Positions 39,328 through 52,535 of a stretch of 64,000 nucleotides of DNA are shown in pieces (the first letter of the stretch is position 1; each line of letters begins with the position of its first letter). Where the stretch lies: contig NW_021834226.1 of the NCBI RefSeq assembly GCF_006345805.1, positions 1 through 64,000 on the forward strand, written 5' to 3'. Below the pieces are notes generated by a model that worked only from the letters and a program-made list of their open reading frames with translations, was not told the DNA's origin and searched no databases. A program made the translations under genes and the position numbers. This stretch comes from Octopus sinensis (taxonomy: Eukaryota).

Positions 39328-39519
39328 GATAAGTATAAAATCTAACATATATATCTGCGTACACACACATACAAAGCAAACTTTTGCACAATATTCCACT
39401 GCCTAATGCTATTCGAAATGCATTAACCAACCCGATTCTATGAGAACAATTCAATTGCTCAAACTACAAATTCAGATGCCGCATAGTGTGATCGAAAACG
39501 GAACTTGTTGGTTTTTTTT

Positions 39520-39896
39520 TATTTGTTTCAATCATGTGACTGTGGCCATGCTGGAGCACCGCGTTCAGTCAAGCAAATCAATCCCAGGGCTTTTTCTTTG
39601 TAAGCCTAGTACTTATTCTATCGGTCTCGTTTGCCGAACCGCTAAGTTACGGGGACGTAAACACACCAGAATCGATTGTCAAGCGATGTTGTGGTGACAA
39701 ACACAGACACAGACACACACACACATACATACATACACACACATACATACATACATACATACATACATACATGCATACATACATGCATACATACATACAT
39801 ACATAATACATACATACATACATAAAGATATACGTACATACATAAAGATATACGTACATACATAAAGATATACGTACATACATACATACACACAAC

Positions 39897-39929
<33 letters not shown>

Positions 39930-39943
39930 ATATATATATATAT

Positions 39944-39981
<38 letters not shown>

Positions 39982-40145
39982 GACGGGCCTCTTTCAGTTT
40001 CCATCTACCAATCCACTCACAAGGCTTTGGTCGGCCTGAGGCGACAGCAGAAGACACTTGCCCAAAGTGCCACGCAGTGGGACTGAACCCGGAACCATGT
40101 GGTTGGTAAGCAAGCTACTTACCACACAGCCACTCTTACGCCTAT
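39520..40145 (-). mobile_element. SINE family B with an expanded internal microsatellite
   Basis: Tail and head separated by ~290 bp of CATA/TA repeats. Confidence 0.9.
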
Positions 40146-40599
40146 GTTTACAATTAAAGAGCGATGCCTGTGAATTCATTATCTGTACGTCACTAACAGA
40201 GCAAAGAAAAGTATTCAATTCAGAACTTCCCGTTTACCGTTTCCTATATTGCCTAACCCCAATTTCCATTGACGTCTTTGGAAGTATTTTGTAAGACGAT
40301 TCTTCTGTCTATAGAACATTCAATGGCATGAGTTATTGAAGACGGGTGAATGTCAAAAGCCGTACTTGCCACAAGGAAATCATATAACTAAGTGTAAAAT
40401 ATGTAAAATATAAAGGAAAGACTGTACACGGGAAGTTGACAAATGTAAGCGAATGTAGAAGTAATAAAATGAAGAACGCGAATAATGAACAAAATGAAAG
40501 AAAAATCGTCCCCAGAATTGACAGGAAAATGAAACTAAAGTGAAAAGTATATATTAAAGAAATCCTCCCCAATAATATGTTAATATATGTATGTATATG

Positions 40600-41312
<713 letters not shown>

Positions 41313-41969
41313 GTGAGCTATTATGAACAGAATGCTGCGGAGAAATAATATTCATAGCTGTTCGGTCGTTGTGAATAGTTTCCTTTTTCGCCTGTTAGCT
41401 TAGTATTAGTCATCTATTTGTAATAAGAATTCTTTATTGAAGACGAGAAATTACAACTATGAATGTAAACTTCACTTTGCATTTCGATTTCTAAAGACAG
41501 AAATAGCAATGTGTGTTTATGAAGATTTAGTGAATACATAACGCTATGTTTAATTTTAGCTTTGCCAATTTCTGTCGTCGAAATAATATAGACAACTTTC
41601 GACAAATATTAGTTATTAGATTCTTGTATATTTTCTTAATTTACTTGCGCAGCTTCGTAAAATGGTTACTGCTCGCTATAGAATTATATATTATTGACTC
41701 ACGACGTTGTAATGAGTAAATTCTTTATAAAGTGCGATTTGTTAGTTTGAACTAAATCTAATATTCACATTATAACTAAATATCTGTAGAGTACATAATT
41801 ACTTACTATAAAATATATCACTTAGAATATAAATATAAATGAATTTCTACAATACACCACAGAGAATATTTTCATATTTATATTATACTCTATTCTATAT
41901 GATGTTTTCTTATTATAACAATTTCTATTCACACCTTGCCATCATATCTAGTTTGATATATGGATAATC

Positions 41970-42540
41970 AAAGGCGGCGAGCTGGTAGAAACATCAGTAC
42001 GCCGGGCGAAATGTATAGCCGTATTTCGTCTGCCGTTACGTTCTGAGTTCAAATTCCGTCGAGGTCGACTTTGCCTTTCATCCTTTCGGAGTCGATTAAA
42101 TAAGTACCAGTTACGCACTGGGGTCGATATAATCGACTTAATCCGTTTGTCACTCCTTGTTTGTCCTCTCTGTGTTTAGCCCCCTGGGTGTAGTAAAGAA
42201 ATAGGTATTTCGTCGGCCGTTACGTTCTGAGTTCAAATTCCGCCGAGGTCGACTTTACCTTTCTTCCTTTCGGGGTCGATTAAATAAGTACCAGTTACGC
42301 ACTGGAGTCGATATAATCGACTTAATCCGTTTGTCTGTCCTTGTTTGTCCCCTCTGTATGTAGCTCCTTGTGGGCAGTAAAAAATGGGTATTTCGTCTGT
42401 CTTTACGTTCTGAGTTCAAATTCTGCCGAGGTCGACTTTGCTTTTCATCCTTTCAGGGTCGATAAATTAAGTGCCAGTTGCGTACTGGGGTCCATCTGAT
42501 CGACTAGCATCCTCCTCCAAAATTTCGGGCCTTGTGGCTA
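41970..42540 (+). mobile_element. SINE family A, head plus three tandem units
   Basis: AAGGCGGCGAGCTGG head; GAAATAGGTATTTCGTC-type junctions at ~42200 and ~42385. Confidence 0.9.
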
Positions 42541-42624
42541 GAGAAGAAAAGGATATATGGATAGCCGCAAAACCTCCCATCATACCAAACACCAAGCGTT
42601 AAGTGTCAATAGATCATATGCTTA

Positions 42625-43340
42625 TATAGGCACAGACGTGGTCATGTGGCAAGACGTTGGCTTCTCATGTGCATGGTGTCGGAATTAGTCTCAATGTGTG
42701 GCATTATAGCCCTGGGCCAGCCAAAGTCAGAATTTTATGAGTGAATTTTGATAGTGGGAAAGTGAAAGCAGTCTGTCGTGTGTATAGGTACATAGATACA
42801 TAATATATACATACGTACATACACATATATAAACATATATGCATGCGTATATATGAGCGAAAACACCTAAAGCTCCATGAGGCTACGGCAGGGTGGTGGT
42901 GGCGAACCCTGCTGTACTCTTTCACCATAACTTTCTTTCTTTCTTTCTTTCTTCCTATTTCTGTTGTACCTGTATTTCAAAGGGCCAGCCTTGTCACATT
43001 CTGTGTGACGCTGAATCTCCCCGAGAACTACGTTAAGGGTACACGCTTGCACGTTAATTTCACGAGCAGGCTGTTCTGTTCATCGGATCAACTGGAACCC
43101 TCGTCGTCGTCGAAACCGACGGAGTGCCACCACGTGTATATGTGCGTGTGTGTGTATCTTTGTGTTTGTCCTTATAATCGCTTGACAACCGGTCCATTAG
43201 CACTTCGGAAAAAAGACCTATAGAATAAGTGCCAGGCTTAAGAGAAAAAGTACTGGGGTTGATTCGTTCGACAAAAACCCCTTCAAGGTGATGCTCCTGT
43301 ATGACTGCCGTCCAATGATTGAAACAAGTAAAAGATAAAA
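42625..43340 (+). mobile_element. Degenerate SINE B with a 5'-truncated SINE C (~42845-43130) in its internal microsatellite
   Basis: B head, then TA/CA repeat, then C body (GAGCGAAAACACCTAAAGCTCC...CCGACGGAGTG), then B tail. Confidence 0.75.
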
Positions 43341-43814
43341 AAATGATTTCAGTTTTTATTCTTTTACATCTTAAACTTATGAATTAAAACACCGATGATT
43401 TACTAATTTAAAGAGGCAAAAGTGGTATAGAGAATAATGGGTCGATAAATAATATGCAAGTCCTCATTGGACTAGAGCCTTCTTTTTCTATCGCTCTTTA
43501 TTTCTGTTTAGAAGAAATCGCCTAATTTCGGCTCCGGTTAGGTATGCCCTTCAGAAGGTCTGCAACACGATGTTTAAAAACACACCGTATATTACAACGA
43601 TGCATTTACAACTCTATTAAGGAAATGAAAGCCCAAGGAAATGCATATAGTCACACATTCACTGTCCGATGACGTGTGCAGTAGGGTTATTTATACTGTA
43701 TTTATAAATAATTTACAAATTGCATTTACGAATTGCTTTCATTGTGTGACATCCTAAATTAATTACCAAATACAGAAACATATGTAACAGATGAAGACGC
43801 TTTGTTTTCTGTAA

Positions 43815-43887
<73 letters not shown>

Positions 43888-43889
<2 letters not shown>

Positions 43890-44138
43890 GTAAAATATGA
43901 AAAATCAACGAACATGCACATTGCAAATAGAAAAAGGCTATTTATGACAGGTAACGACAAATATATACATTTAGATTGACTGAGGTAGTAATACGAGTCA
44001 TAAAAGTCATTATTATGAGATGATTATAAGATGATAATATCATCTTATAATCTAAATGTATATATTTGTCGTTACCTGTCATAAATAGCCTTTTTCTATT
44101 TGCAATGTGCATTTTCGTTGATTTTTCATATTTTACCC
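43888..44138. repeat. Long palindrome (~90-bp arms) with a nested 14-bp hairpin
   Basis: 43888-43977 is the near-perfect reverse complement of 44049-44138; inner GATTATAAGATGAT/ATCATCTTATAATC at 44022-44052. Confidence 0.92.
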
Positions 44139-44184
44139 TTACATTTCCACGTGTATTTTATATTTTCTTTTCGTAACATATTTC

Positions 44185-44225
<41 letters not shown>

Positions 44226-44311
44226 GTACACACACACACACTTACACACACGCACATTCCAGTAGCATAGTTTTCTTGAACCATTGCCCGATATATCTAA
44301 ATTTTCTTTTC

Positions 44312-44458
44312 TTTTATTCTTTTACTTGTTTCAGTCATTTGACTGCGGCCATGCTGGAGCACCGCCTTTAGTCGAGCAAATCGACCCCGGGACTTATTCT
44401 TTGTAAGCCCAGTACTTATTCTACCAGCATCGGTTGTCAAGCAATGTTACGGGGACAA

Positions 44459-44522
<64 letters not shown>

Positions 44523-44697
44523 TACATATATACGACAGGCTTCTTTCAGTTTCCGTCTACCAAATCCACTCACAAGGCATTGGTCGGCCCGGGGCTATAG
44601 CAGAAGACACTGCCCAAGATGCCACGCAGTGGGACTGAACCCGCATCCAAGTGGTTTGTTAGCAAGCTACTTACCACACAGCCACTCCTGCGCCTAA
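44312..44697 (-). mobile_element. SINE family B (internal deletion)
   Basis: Consensus match. Confidence 0.9.
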
Positions 44698-45287
44698 ATG
44701 TCTTTTAATTTTTTTAAAACCAAAACAATGCGAGACATAAAGCCTTAATAATATAGTTCGATAATTAGTATATTCACGCATGTAAACATACAAGCGCTGG
44801 TATGGCTCTGGTATGAAATTCTTTTCCCAACCACATGGTTTCAGGTTCAGTTCCATTGCGTGGCAACTTGTACATTTGTCTTCTATAATAGCAAAGCAAC
44901 GCTTCTTCAGTAGATTTGGTAGAGGAAACTGAAAGAAGTTCGTCGGATATATATATATATAATATATATATATATATAGAACAATCTTACTTAGAAAGGG
45001 ATGCGTGCGTTCTGTCATATAATAAATAATAAATAAATAAAAAAAATATATGCATATATACATACATATATGTACGTACCTACCTCTACATGTATATATA
45101 CATGCATATATGGGTACAGGACACCAAAAAAAGTCGAACACAATGAGAAACGAAAACATAAACACAAAACCAAGGAAATGGACATTTTTAAAAAACAACG
45201 AAAAAAAGAGTACAGGACATACAAAACAAGGAAAATTTCCCTTCTGCAGTCGCCTTAATTTCATCTACTCCACGTTTCGACGGTCAT

Positions 45288-45332
<45 letters not shown>

Positions 45333-45430
45333 AAGGAGAATTCATAAAAAACAAACAAACCAAAAGACGAAGACAGGTGGTGTAGACAACAAAAAGATGT
45401 ATTAGTTTAACGCTCAGGAAGTGAAAATGT

Positions 45431-45466
45431 ATTTAACGTTTCGAGCCTACGCTCTTCCACAGAAAG
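45431..45466 (-). ncRNA. Hammerhead-like fold with variant core CUGUGGA
   Basis: CTTT-CTGTGGA-A-GAGC-GTAG-GCTC-GAAAC-GTT^AAAT; homologous to 36102-36137. Confidence 0.55.
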
Positions 45467-45671
45467 GAACACTGAACAAAGCAAGGAAAGAAAATAAAGA
45501 GTGAAAATATATAATGTGTAGTGGTTAGCGATCTATCATGGTGAATATATATATATATATATAGACATCTTTCTATAAAAATCTATAGGCATGCAGGCGT
45601 ATATATATATATATGCATTCTCTCTATAATGTATAATATATATATATATATATATATAGTATAAATATATA

Positions 45672-45702
<31 letters not shown>

Positions 45703-45756
45703 CGCGCACACATACATATATACATATTTACATATACATATACATTTATATATATA

Positions 45757-45834
<78 letters not shown>

Positions 45835-47429
45835 ATATATGGATATATATATATGTAAACATATATGTATTTATACATATGTATATATATATGTATACAT
45901 ATAAAAACACATAGAGATTTATATATCGTATACAGACTTGTATTACCTATATTTTTTTTGATGAAATTATCAGAATCCTAGTTGCGATTGACTGACTTCT
46001 CTTTGCGGACCAGAAAAGACGTAGCCATTCATACATGGTTTGCTAATAAAAGAGAACAAACATCCATACAACGCCGAAGCGTAGAATCAACTGTCAGTCA
46101 GCCATGTTTTTCCGACGCGTCTTTCCAACGCTTCCACGTCTCGTCAAAAGAAGGAAAGCCGATCTTTTCTGCAATATAAATTATTTGTTTTTAAAATTGC
46201 TTTTAGGTATGGAGTTTCACACGAACATCGGACACACTTGATTGAAGTTTGAACGATCGTTTTGGAAGAGCTCATTACTAAGAGGAAATTTCAGCCGGTT
46301 GTTGACACGAAACTCAAAACTGACCAGACATCTTGGATGAAAAGGTTTGACTACGAAGTCAAACGGAAACCCCAAATTAGAATCAGAAATCAAGACGTTC
46401 TACACAATATGTTACTCCAATTATAAAGCTGTAATTTGTCGATAAACACACATCGCTGGGTAAAGATATTGGAAATCATTGTAAGTCGTCATTGTAAAAT
46501 CGATCGTGGACAACACACGGACACATACATATACAGGTTCACACACACAAACACATCGATAAAAGCCACCCACGGTGTTTATTTCAGCGGCGTAGGAAGA
46601 GCAATAATTATCAATGTGCTATTATTGTTCGCGTGCTGCAAGAGAAGTAGAGAAAACTTTTCTTTATGACTGAATAAATTTTCGGTTGAATGTATCCAAC
46701 ACAATGAAAGCATTAACCAATTTCAGGCAGATTGTTGCAGATTGTTTCGAGAAAATCAAATAATTTTTGAATACAAATGAAAGCAAGAAATTAATGATTC
46801 CTAGACAAAAAGAAAAGAAAGAAAAACAAACAAAAAACAAAATCAAAAGCAAAACAAAAATAAAACTGAATCAAAAATCTAAATATAAATGCTGCAACAG
46901 ATTATCTGAGAATTCACTGTTAACTGACACCAGCCGAAAGGAGATCAGGCTTGGCTGAGTGGTTAAGAAGCTCGCTTTGAAATCAAGTGGCTTCAGGTTC
47001 AGACTAATTGCTTGTGAGCGAAATTTTGTAGACAGAAACTGTATGGAAGCCCGTCATTTATACATACATACATATATATATATATATAACGAGGGAGATA
47101 AATTGAATATTGATTTAATTAATATCAATTTAAAACCAGTTGCCTAGCATATCTGAAAAATTAGAAAAAAATTCAATACATGTGACGAGTCTGCGGACGA
47201 AAAAATTACGTAAGTAATTTATCGGTAATAGAGGAATCTGGTCTACGATTAATTCTTGATTTTTTATATATATTTTCATCTGTCTTGCCCGCTTGTGTTC
47301 TGGTGTTTACTGAACTTCTCTAGAGAACATTCTTTTCTTTGTAGTTAGACCGCATGTGATCTAACATATTGATTATTCACCTAGTGGTTATCCCTAAATA
47401 TACATATATACGTATATATATATATATAC

Positions 47430-47515
<86 letters not shown>

Positions 47516-47806
47516 CATATATATTATTTAAATTTTATTTGTTAGGGAATAAAAATTCCGGCATAACAGAGGTTCAAATTATTTTCAATGAAGAATTAAA
47601 ATTAAATTAATATATATATATATATGAGTGTGTGTCTGCATATATACTAACACCACGCACGACAACCGATGTTCGTTTGTTACGTGCATTTTGCATCAAA
47701 AGGTAATATGAGTTTCTCTCATGGCATCTACCGCAGTAAAGTTTGTTCTATCAGAACTCTCACGTGGAATAAATATTACCAAGTGGTTATAAATATTACT
47801 TCTCAA

Positions 47807-48225
47807 CAAGGCGGCGAGCTGGCAGAAACGTTAGCACACCGGGCGAAATGCGTAGCAGTATTTCGTCTGTCGTTACGTTGTGAGTTCAAATTGTGAGGTC
47901 GACTTTACCTTTCATCATTTCGGGGTCGATAAATTAAGTACCAGTTACGCACTGGGGTCGATGTAATCGACTTAATCCGTTTGTCTATCCTTGTTTGTCC
48001 CCTCTGTGTTTAGCCCCTTGTGGGTAATAAAGAAATAGGTATTTGGTCTGCCGCTACGTTCTGAGTTCAAATTCCGCCGAGGTCGACTTTGCCTTCCATC
48101 CTTTCGGGGTCGATTAAATAAGTACCAGTTACGCACTGGGGTCGATGTAATCGACTTAATCTGTTTGTCTGTCCTTGTCTGTCCCTTCTGTGTTTAGCCC
48201 CTTGTGGGTAGTAAAGAAATAAATA
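47807..48225 (+). mobile_element. SINE family A, head plus two tandem units
   Basis: Consensus match. Confidence 0.9.
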
Positions 48226-48547
48226 TTACTTCTCAATATGAATTCAGAACGTAAAGATCGAGGAAACATGCCGCTCAGGATTCTTTTGTCCGATGCACTA
48301 ACACATCTGTCAGCCACCACCTTTAATAATTCTTTGTAATTCTGGCACAAGGCCAACAATTCTGTGGGGGAATGGAGCAGACTGGTTACATCGCCCTCAG
48401 TACTTGACTGCTATTTATTTTATAGATTCTGAAAGGACGAAAGATAAAGTCCATCTCGGTATCACATGAACTCAGAACGTAAAGATAATAAGTTAAAATG
48501 TCTTGTGAATAAAGTTTCCTATCATCTGTACCACTTACAAAGACATA

Positions 48548-48860
48548 GGGGGAGGCACATGGACTAGTGGTTAGAGCAGCGGACTCGCGGTCGAGGGATC
48601 GCGGGTTCGAATCTCAGATCGAGCTATGTGTGTGTTTATGAGCGAAACACCTAAGCTCCAAGCGGATCCGGCAGAAGGTAATGGCGAACTTCTGCTGACT
48701 CTTTCGCCACAACGTTCTCTCATTCTTTCCTCCTGCATCTTGCAGTTCACCTGCGACGGACCGGCGTCCTGTCCAGGTGGGGAACCAATACGTCAAGGAA
48801 ACCGGGAAACTGGCCCTTATGAGCCAGGCGTGGCTCGAGAAGGAACACACTTACTAAGAC
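48548..48860 (+). mobile_element. SINE with a family C head and a V-domain-like 3' half
   Basis: GGAGGCACATGGACTAGTGGTTAGAGCAGCGGACTCGCGGTC head; later GCGACGGACCGGCGTCCTGTCCAGG, resembling the V-SINE motif. Confidence 0.7.
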
Positions 48861-49004
48861 ATAAACCACGTTAACTTAAGTACACAGAAAACTTCAAATA
48901 ATTCCTGTTAACTTCTGACTATAACACAGTTATACAGAAATGTGGACAGCCTCTATATACTGTTGTGTAGATTGCATCTTGTGTTATATATATTACTAAC
49001 AATG

Positions 49005-49285
49005 ACACCTAAAAGCTCCACGAGGCTGCGGCAGGGGATGGTGGTGATCCCTGCTGTACTCTTTCACCACAACTTTCTCTCACTCTTACTTCCTGTTTCT
49101 GTTGTACCTGTATTTCAAAGGGCCGGCCTTGTCACTCTCTGTGCCACTCTGAATATCCCCGAGAACTACGTTAAGGGTACACGTGTCTGTGGAGTGCTCA
49201 GCCACTTACACGTTAATTTCACGAGCAGGCTGTTCCGTTGATTCGGATCAATCTGAACCCTCGTCGTCGTAACCGACGGAGTGCT
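49005..49285 (+). mobile_element. SINE family C, 5'-truncated, followed by an A-tract
   Basis: Matches 55417-55797. Confidence 0.88.
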
Positions 49286-49703
49286 TAAAAAAAAAAAAAA
49301 AACTAACAATGGTATGCTGTAAGCTAGCGGTTAAGGTTAACTAGGTTTGTCTGTTCATATAATATGGATCTCTTGTTTTATTTTGCCCGATTCAATCAAT
49401 TTTAATGATGACCAAAAGCTTGTAATTATATTAAATTTAAAAGACTAATTCACTTTATTTTCGCAATGATCAGAGTCAGAACGAATTAGTGTAAGTCAAA
49501 AGCCACTCTAACATGTATGTATGTATGTGTAATGACGAGCGAATTAGGCAAGTCGATTTACACAAAATATCAAATACATTTATTAGAAAAAAATATACAT
49601 GTGCATGGATATAAAATTGTCCGACTTACAGAATATAAATGATATCAGGAGTTACATTTACTCATCTACCGGCTCGCTGATCGTGCTAGAAATAGTAACC
49701 ATG

Positions 49704-49846
49704 AGGTCGACTTTGCCTTTCATCCTTTCGGGGTCGATAAATTAAGTACCAGTTACGCACTGGGGTCGATGTAATCGACTTAATACCTATGTCTGTCCTT
49801 GTTTGTCCTCTCTATGTGTAGCCCCTTGTGGGCAGTAAAGAAATAA
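49704..49846 (+). mobile_element. SINE family A, headless
   Basis: Consensus match. Confidence 0.85.
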
Positions 49847-50000
49847 GAAATAGTAACCAGGACATATCTAATCCCATACTACCGTATTAAATGTATAAAG
49901 ACAGACTGGATAATTAATCCCATTAGTTCAAATGTACGGTGTGATGGTCGTTAAGGCTGGAACGCCTCCTATCCTAGGCTATATAGGGTTAATAGTAGTA

Positions 50001-50225
50001 AAGTTCCTTCTTGAGTCATATAGACTGATAGGGCCGGTTTAACCAGTTTCCATGGCGTATATATTAACCCCCTGGATGGGACGCCAGCCCATCGCAGCGT
50101 TACTCACTTTTGCCAGCTGAGTGGACTGGAGCAATGTGAAATGAAGTGTTTTGCTCAAGAACACAACGCATCACCCGATCCAGGAAGCGAAACCACAATC
50201 TTACAATCACGATCCAGCACCGTAA
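50001..50225 (-). mobile_element. SINE family D (CORE-like plus V-like domains)
   Basis: Minus strand GTGTTCTTGAGCAAAACACTT...GCGATGGGCTGGCGTCCCATCCAGGG...GGAAACTGG. Confidence 0.7.
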
Positions 50226-50284
50226 TATAGGGTTAAGCAATTACATTTTTACTTGGTGGTTCTGGAGAAAGAGGTCGTAGCTAT

Positions 50285-50510
50285 GACATTTGCATGTGGT
50301 CCCAGGCAGGTGAGATAAATGCCATTAATGTTCCTCTTGATCTTCTGTAAGTCAACGCCTGGGAGGAAGCTATTAGCAAGGAAGGAATTCTAGAGAGAGA
50401 GTGTGCTGAGAAGAAAGGAACGGGCGTAGTGATTAGGGTAGAGCTTGGGGTGGTAATGGACACATCAAGTGTGAAGAGTGGAGAGATAAATCGGGTGGCA
50501 ATACACCACT
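50285..50510 (-). pseudogene. 3' end of a Jockey/L2-like LINE
   Basis: Minus strand YPNHYARSFLLSTLSL*NSFLANSFLPGVDLQKIKRNIN resembles the SFFPRT..LWNSLP...DLQKFK C-terminal pattern. Confidence 0.65.
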
Positions 50511-50846
50511 GAGATTAATTACTTAGAAATATGAATCGATAGTGTTAGGGTTGGTGTTAACCTTTCTGATATAATGAAGTTTACCAAACTAATTATAAAT
50601 AATTATGAGGCAAGGGAAAGAGAACATTAGCTCAATGACTAATATTATTTTAATAATTATGTTGTGAGAATTAATATAATAGTTTTGCCGATAACGGGAC
50701 ATACAGCTCTGGACATATAGAGTGGTCCAAAAGACATGCACCGAGTAAGTACAATACGCTTCAGAATTGGCAGAAATACTTGAATTTTGCTAAAATTGAA
50801 AAAAAAAAAAAATTATGGATACAAAGGTACTTGTGCATGAACAAAA

Positions 50847-50848
<2 letters not shown>

Positions 50849-50898
<50 letters not shown>

Positions 50899-50973
50899 AA
50901 AATAATTATAATAATGATAATAATAATAATGATGATGATGATGATGATAATAAAAAAATAATAATAACAAAAA

Positions 50974-51024
<51 letters not shown>

Positions 51025-51094
51025 AAAATAATTATAATAATGATAATAATAATAATGATGATGATGATGATGATAATAAAAAAATAATAATAAC

Positions 51095-51150
<56 letters not shown>

Positions 51151-51223
51151 AAAATAATTATAATAATGATAATAATAATAATGATGATGATGATGATGAT
51201 AATAAAAAAATAATAATAACAAA

Positions 51224-51277
<54 letters not shown>

Positions 51278-51361
51278 TAAAAAATAATTATAATAATGAT
51301 AATATATAGATGATGATGATGATGATAATAAAAAATAATAATAACAAAAATAATAATAATA

Positions 51362-51397
<36 letters not shown>

Positions 51398-51482
51398 AAA
51401 ATAATTATAATAATGATAATAATAATAATGATGATGATGATGATGATAATAAAAAAATAATAATAACAAAAATAATAATAAA

Positions 51483-51517
<35 letters not shown>

Positions 51518-51592
51518 AAAATAATTATAATAATGATAATAATAATGATGATGATGATGATGATGATAATAAAAAAATAATAATAACAAAAA

Positions 51593-51623
<31 letters not shown>

Positions 51624-51627
51624 AATA
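50849..51627. repeat. Higher-order (~105-115 bp) repeat built from AAT/GAT triplets
   Basis: The block ACTAATAATAAT..AAAAATAATTATAATAATGAT...(GAT)n AATAAAAAAATAATAATAAC recurs about 7 times. Confidence 0.9.
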
Positions 51628-51668
51628 GGAGAGTATTGTAGTTCGCTTGAAGCATTGTATATTGTTTG

Positions 51669-51950
51669 TAAAGAATAAAAAGTTTTGAATGGTACAACAA
51701 TGCACTATAATACCTATTGTAATTTAGTTATTCATAGTCTGATATGATATTTCGGAATTATATTCCTTCTTCAGATATTCTTAGATGGATTCTTAGAGGA
51801 ACATAACAGCGACTCCATCTAAGAATATTCGAAGAAGGAATATAATACCGAAATATCATATCAGACTATGGATGACTAAATTACAACAGGTAAATAGCCC
51901 ATTGTATATATCATAGTGCATTGTTGTACCATTCAAAACCTTTTATTCTT

Positions 51951-51952
<2 letters not shown>
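51669..51952. repeat. Inverted repeat with hammerhead-bearing arms
   Basis: 51711-51789 is the reverse complement of 51814-51892; outer arms 51669-51707 and 51914-51952. Confidence 0.9.
51742..51778 (-). ncRNA. Minimal type I hammerhead ribozyme
   Basis: AUAU-CUGAAGA-A-GGAAU-AUA-AUUCC-GAAAU-AUC^AUAU; canonical core, palindromic AUAU stem III, AUC site. Confidence 0.72.
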
Positions 51953-52006
<54 letters not shown>

Positions 52007-52017
52007 TAACAATAATA

Positions 52018-52457
52018 AAGGTTTCAAATTTTGCCACAAGGGCAGCCATTTTGGGGGTGGGGACAAGTCGATTATATCGATCTCAGTGTGTAACTGGCAC
52101 TTAATTTATCGACCCCAAAAGGATGAAAGGAAAAGTCGACCTCGGCGGAATTTGAACTCAGAACGTAAAGGCGGACTAAATGCCACTAAGAAATTTGCTC
52201 GGCATGCTAACGAATCGCCCAGTTGGTCGCCTTAGCAATAATAATAGTCATTTCTACTATAGGCACAAGGCCTGAAAATTGTAGGAGGAGGAGGAGGAGG
52301 CGGATAGTCAATTACATCGACCCCAGTATATCACTAGTGCTCAATTTATCGAGCCTGAACGGATGAAATGCGGAATTTGGACTCAGAACGCAGCGACGGG
52401 CGAAATACTGCTAAGTATTTTGTCAAGCCTGCCAACGATTCTGCCAGCTCACCGCTT
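52018..52457 (-). mobile_element. Two SINE family A variant copies
   Basis: Consensus match at ~52018-52233 and ~52245-52457. Confidence 0.82.
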
Positions 52458-52471
52458 AACTACTACTACTA

Positions 52472-52535
<64 letters not shown>

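Noticed and set aside
40230-40310. Possible minus-strand micro-exon TEESSYKILPKTSMEIGVRQYRKR
   Set aside because: Weak donor site and no homology recognised.
46255-46425. Stop-free frame TIVLEELITKRK...KTDQTSWMKRFDYEVKRK
   Set aside because: Faint resemblance to the mariner GDExW motif only; no TIR or second motif to support a call.
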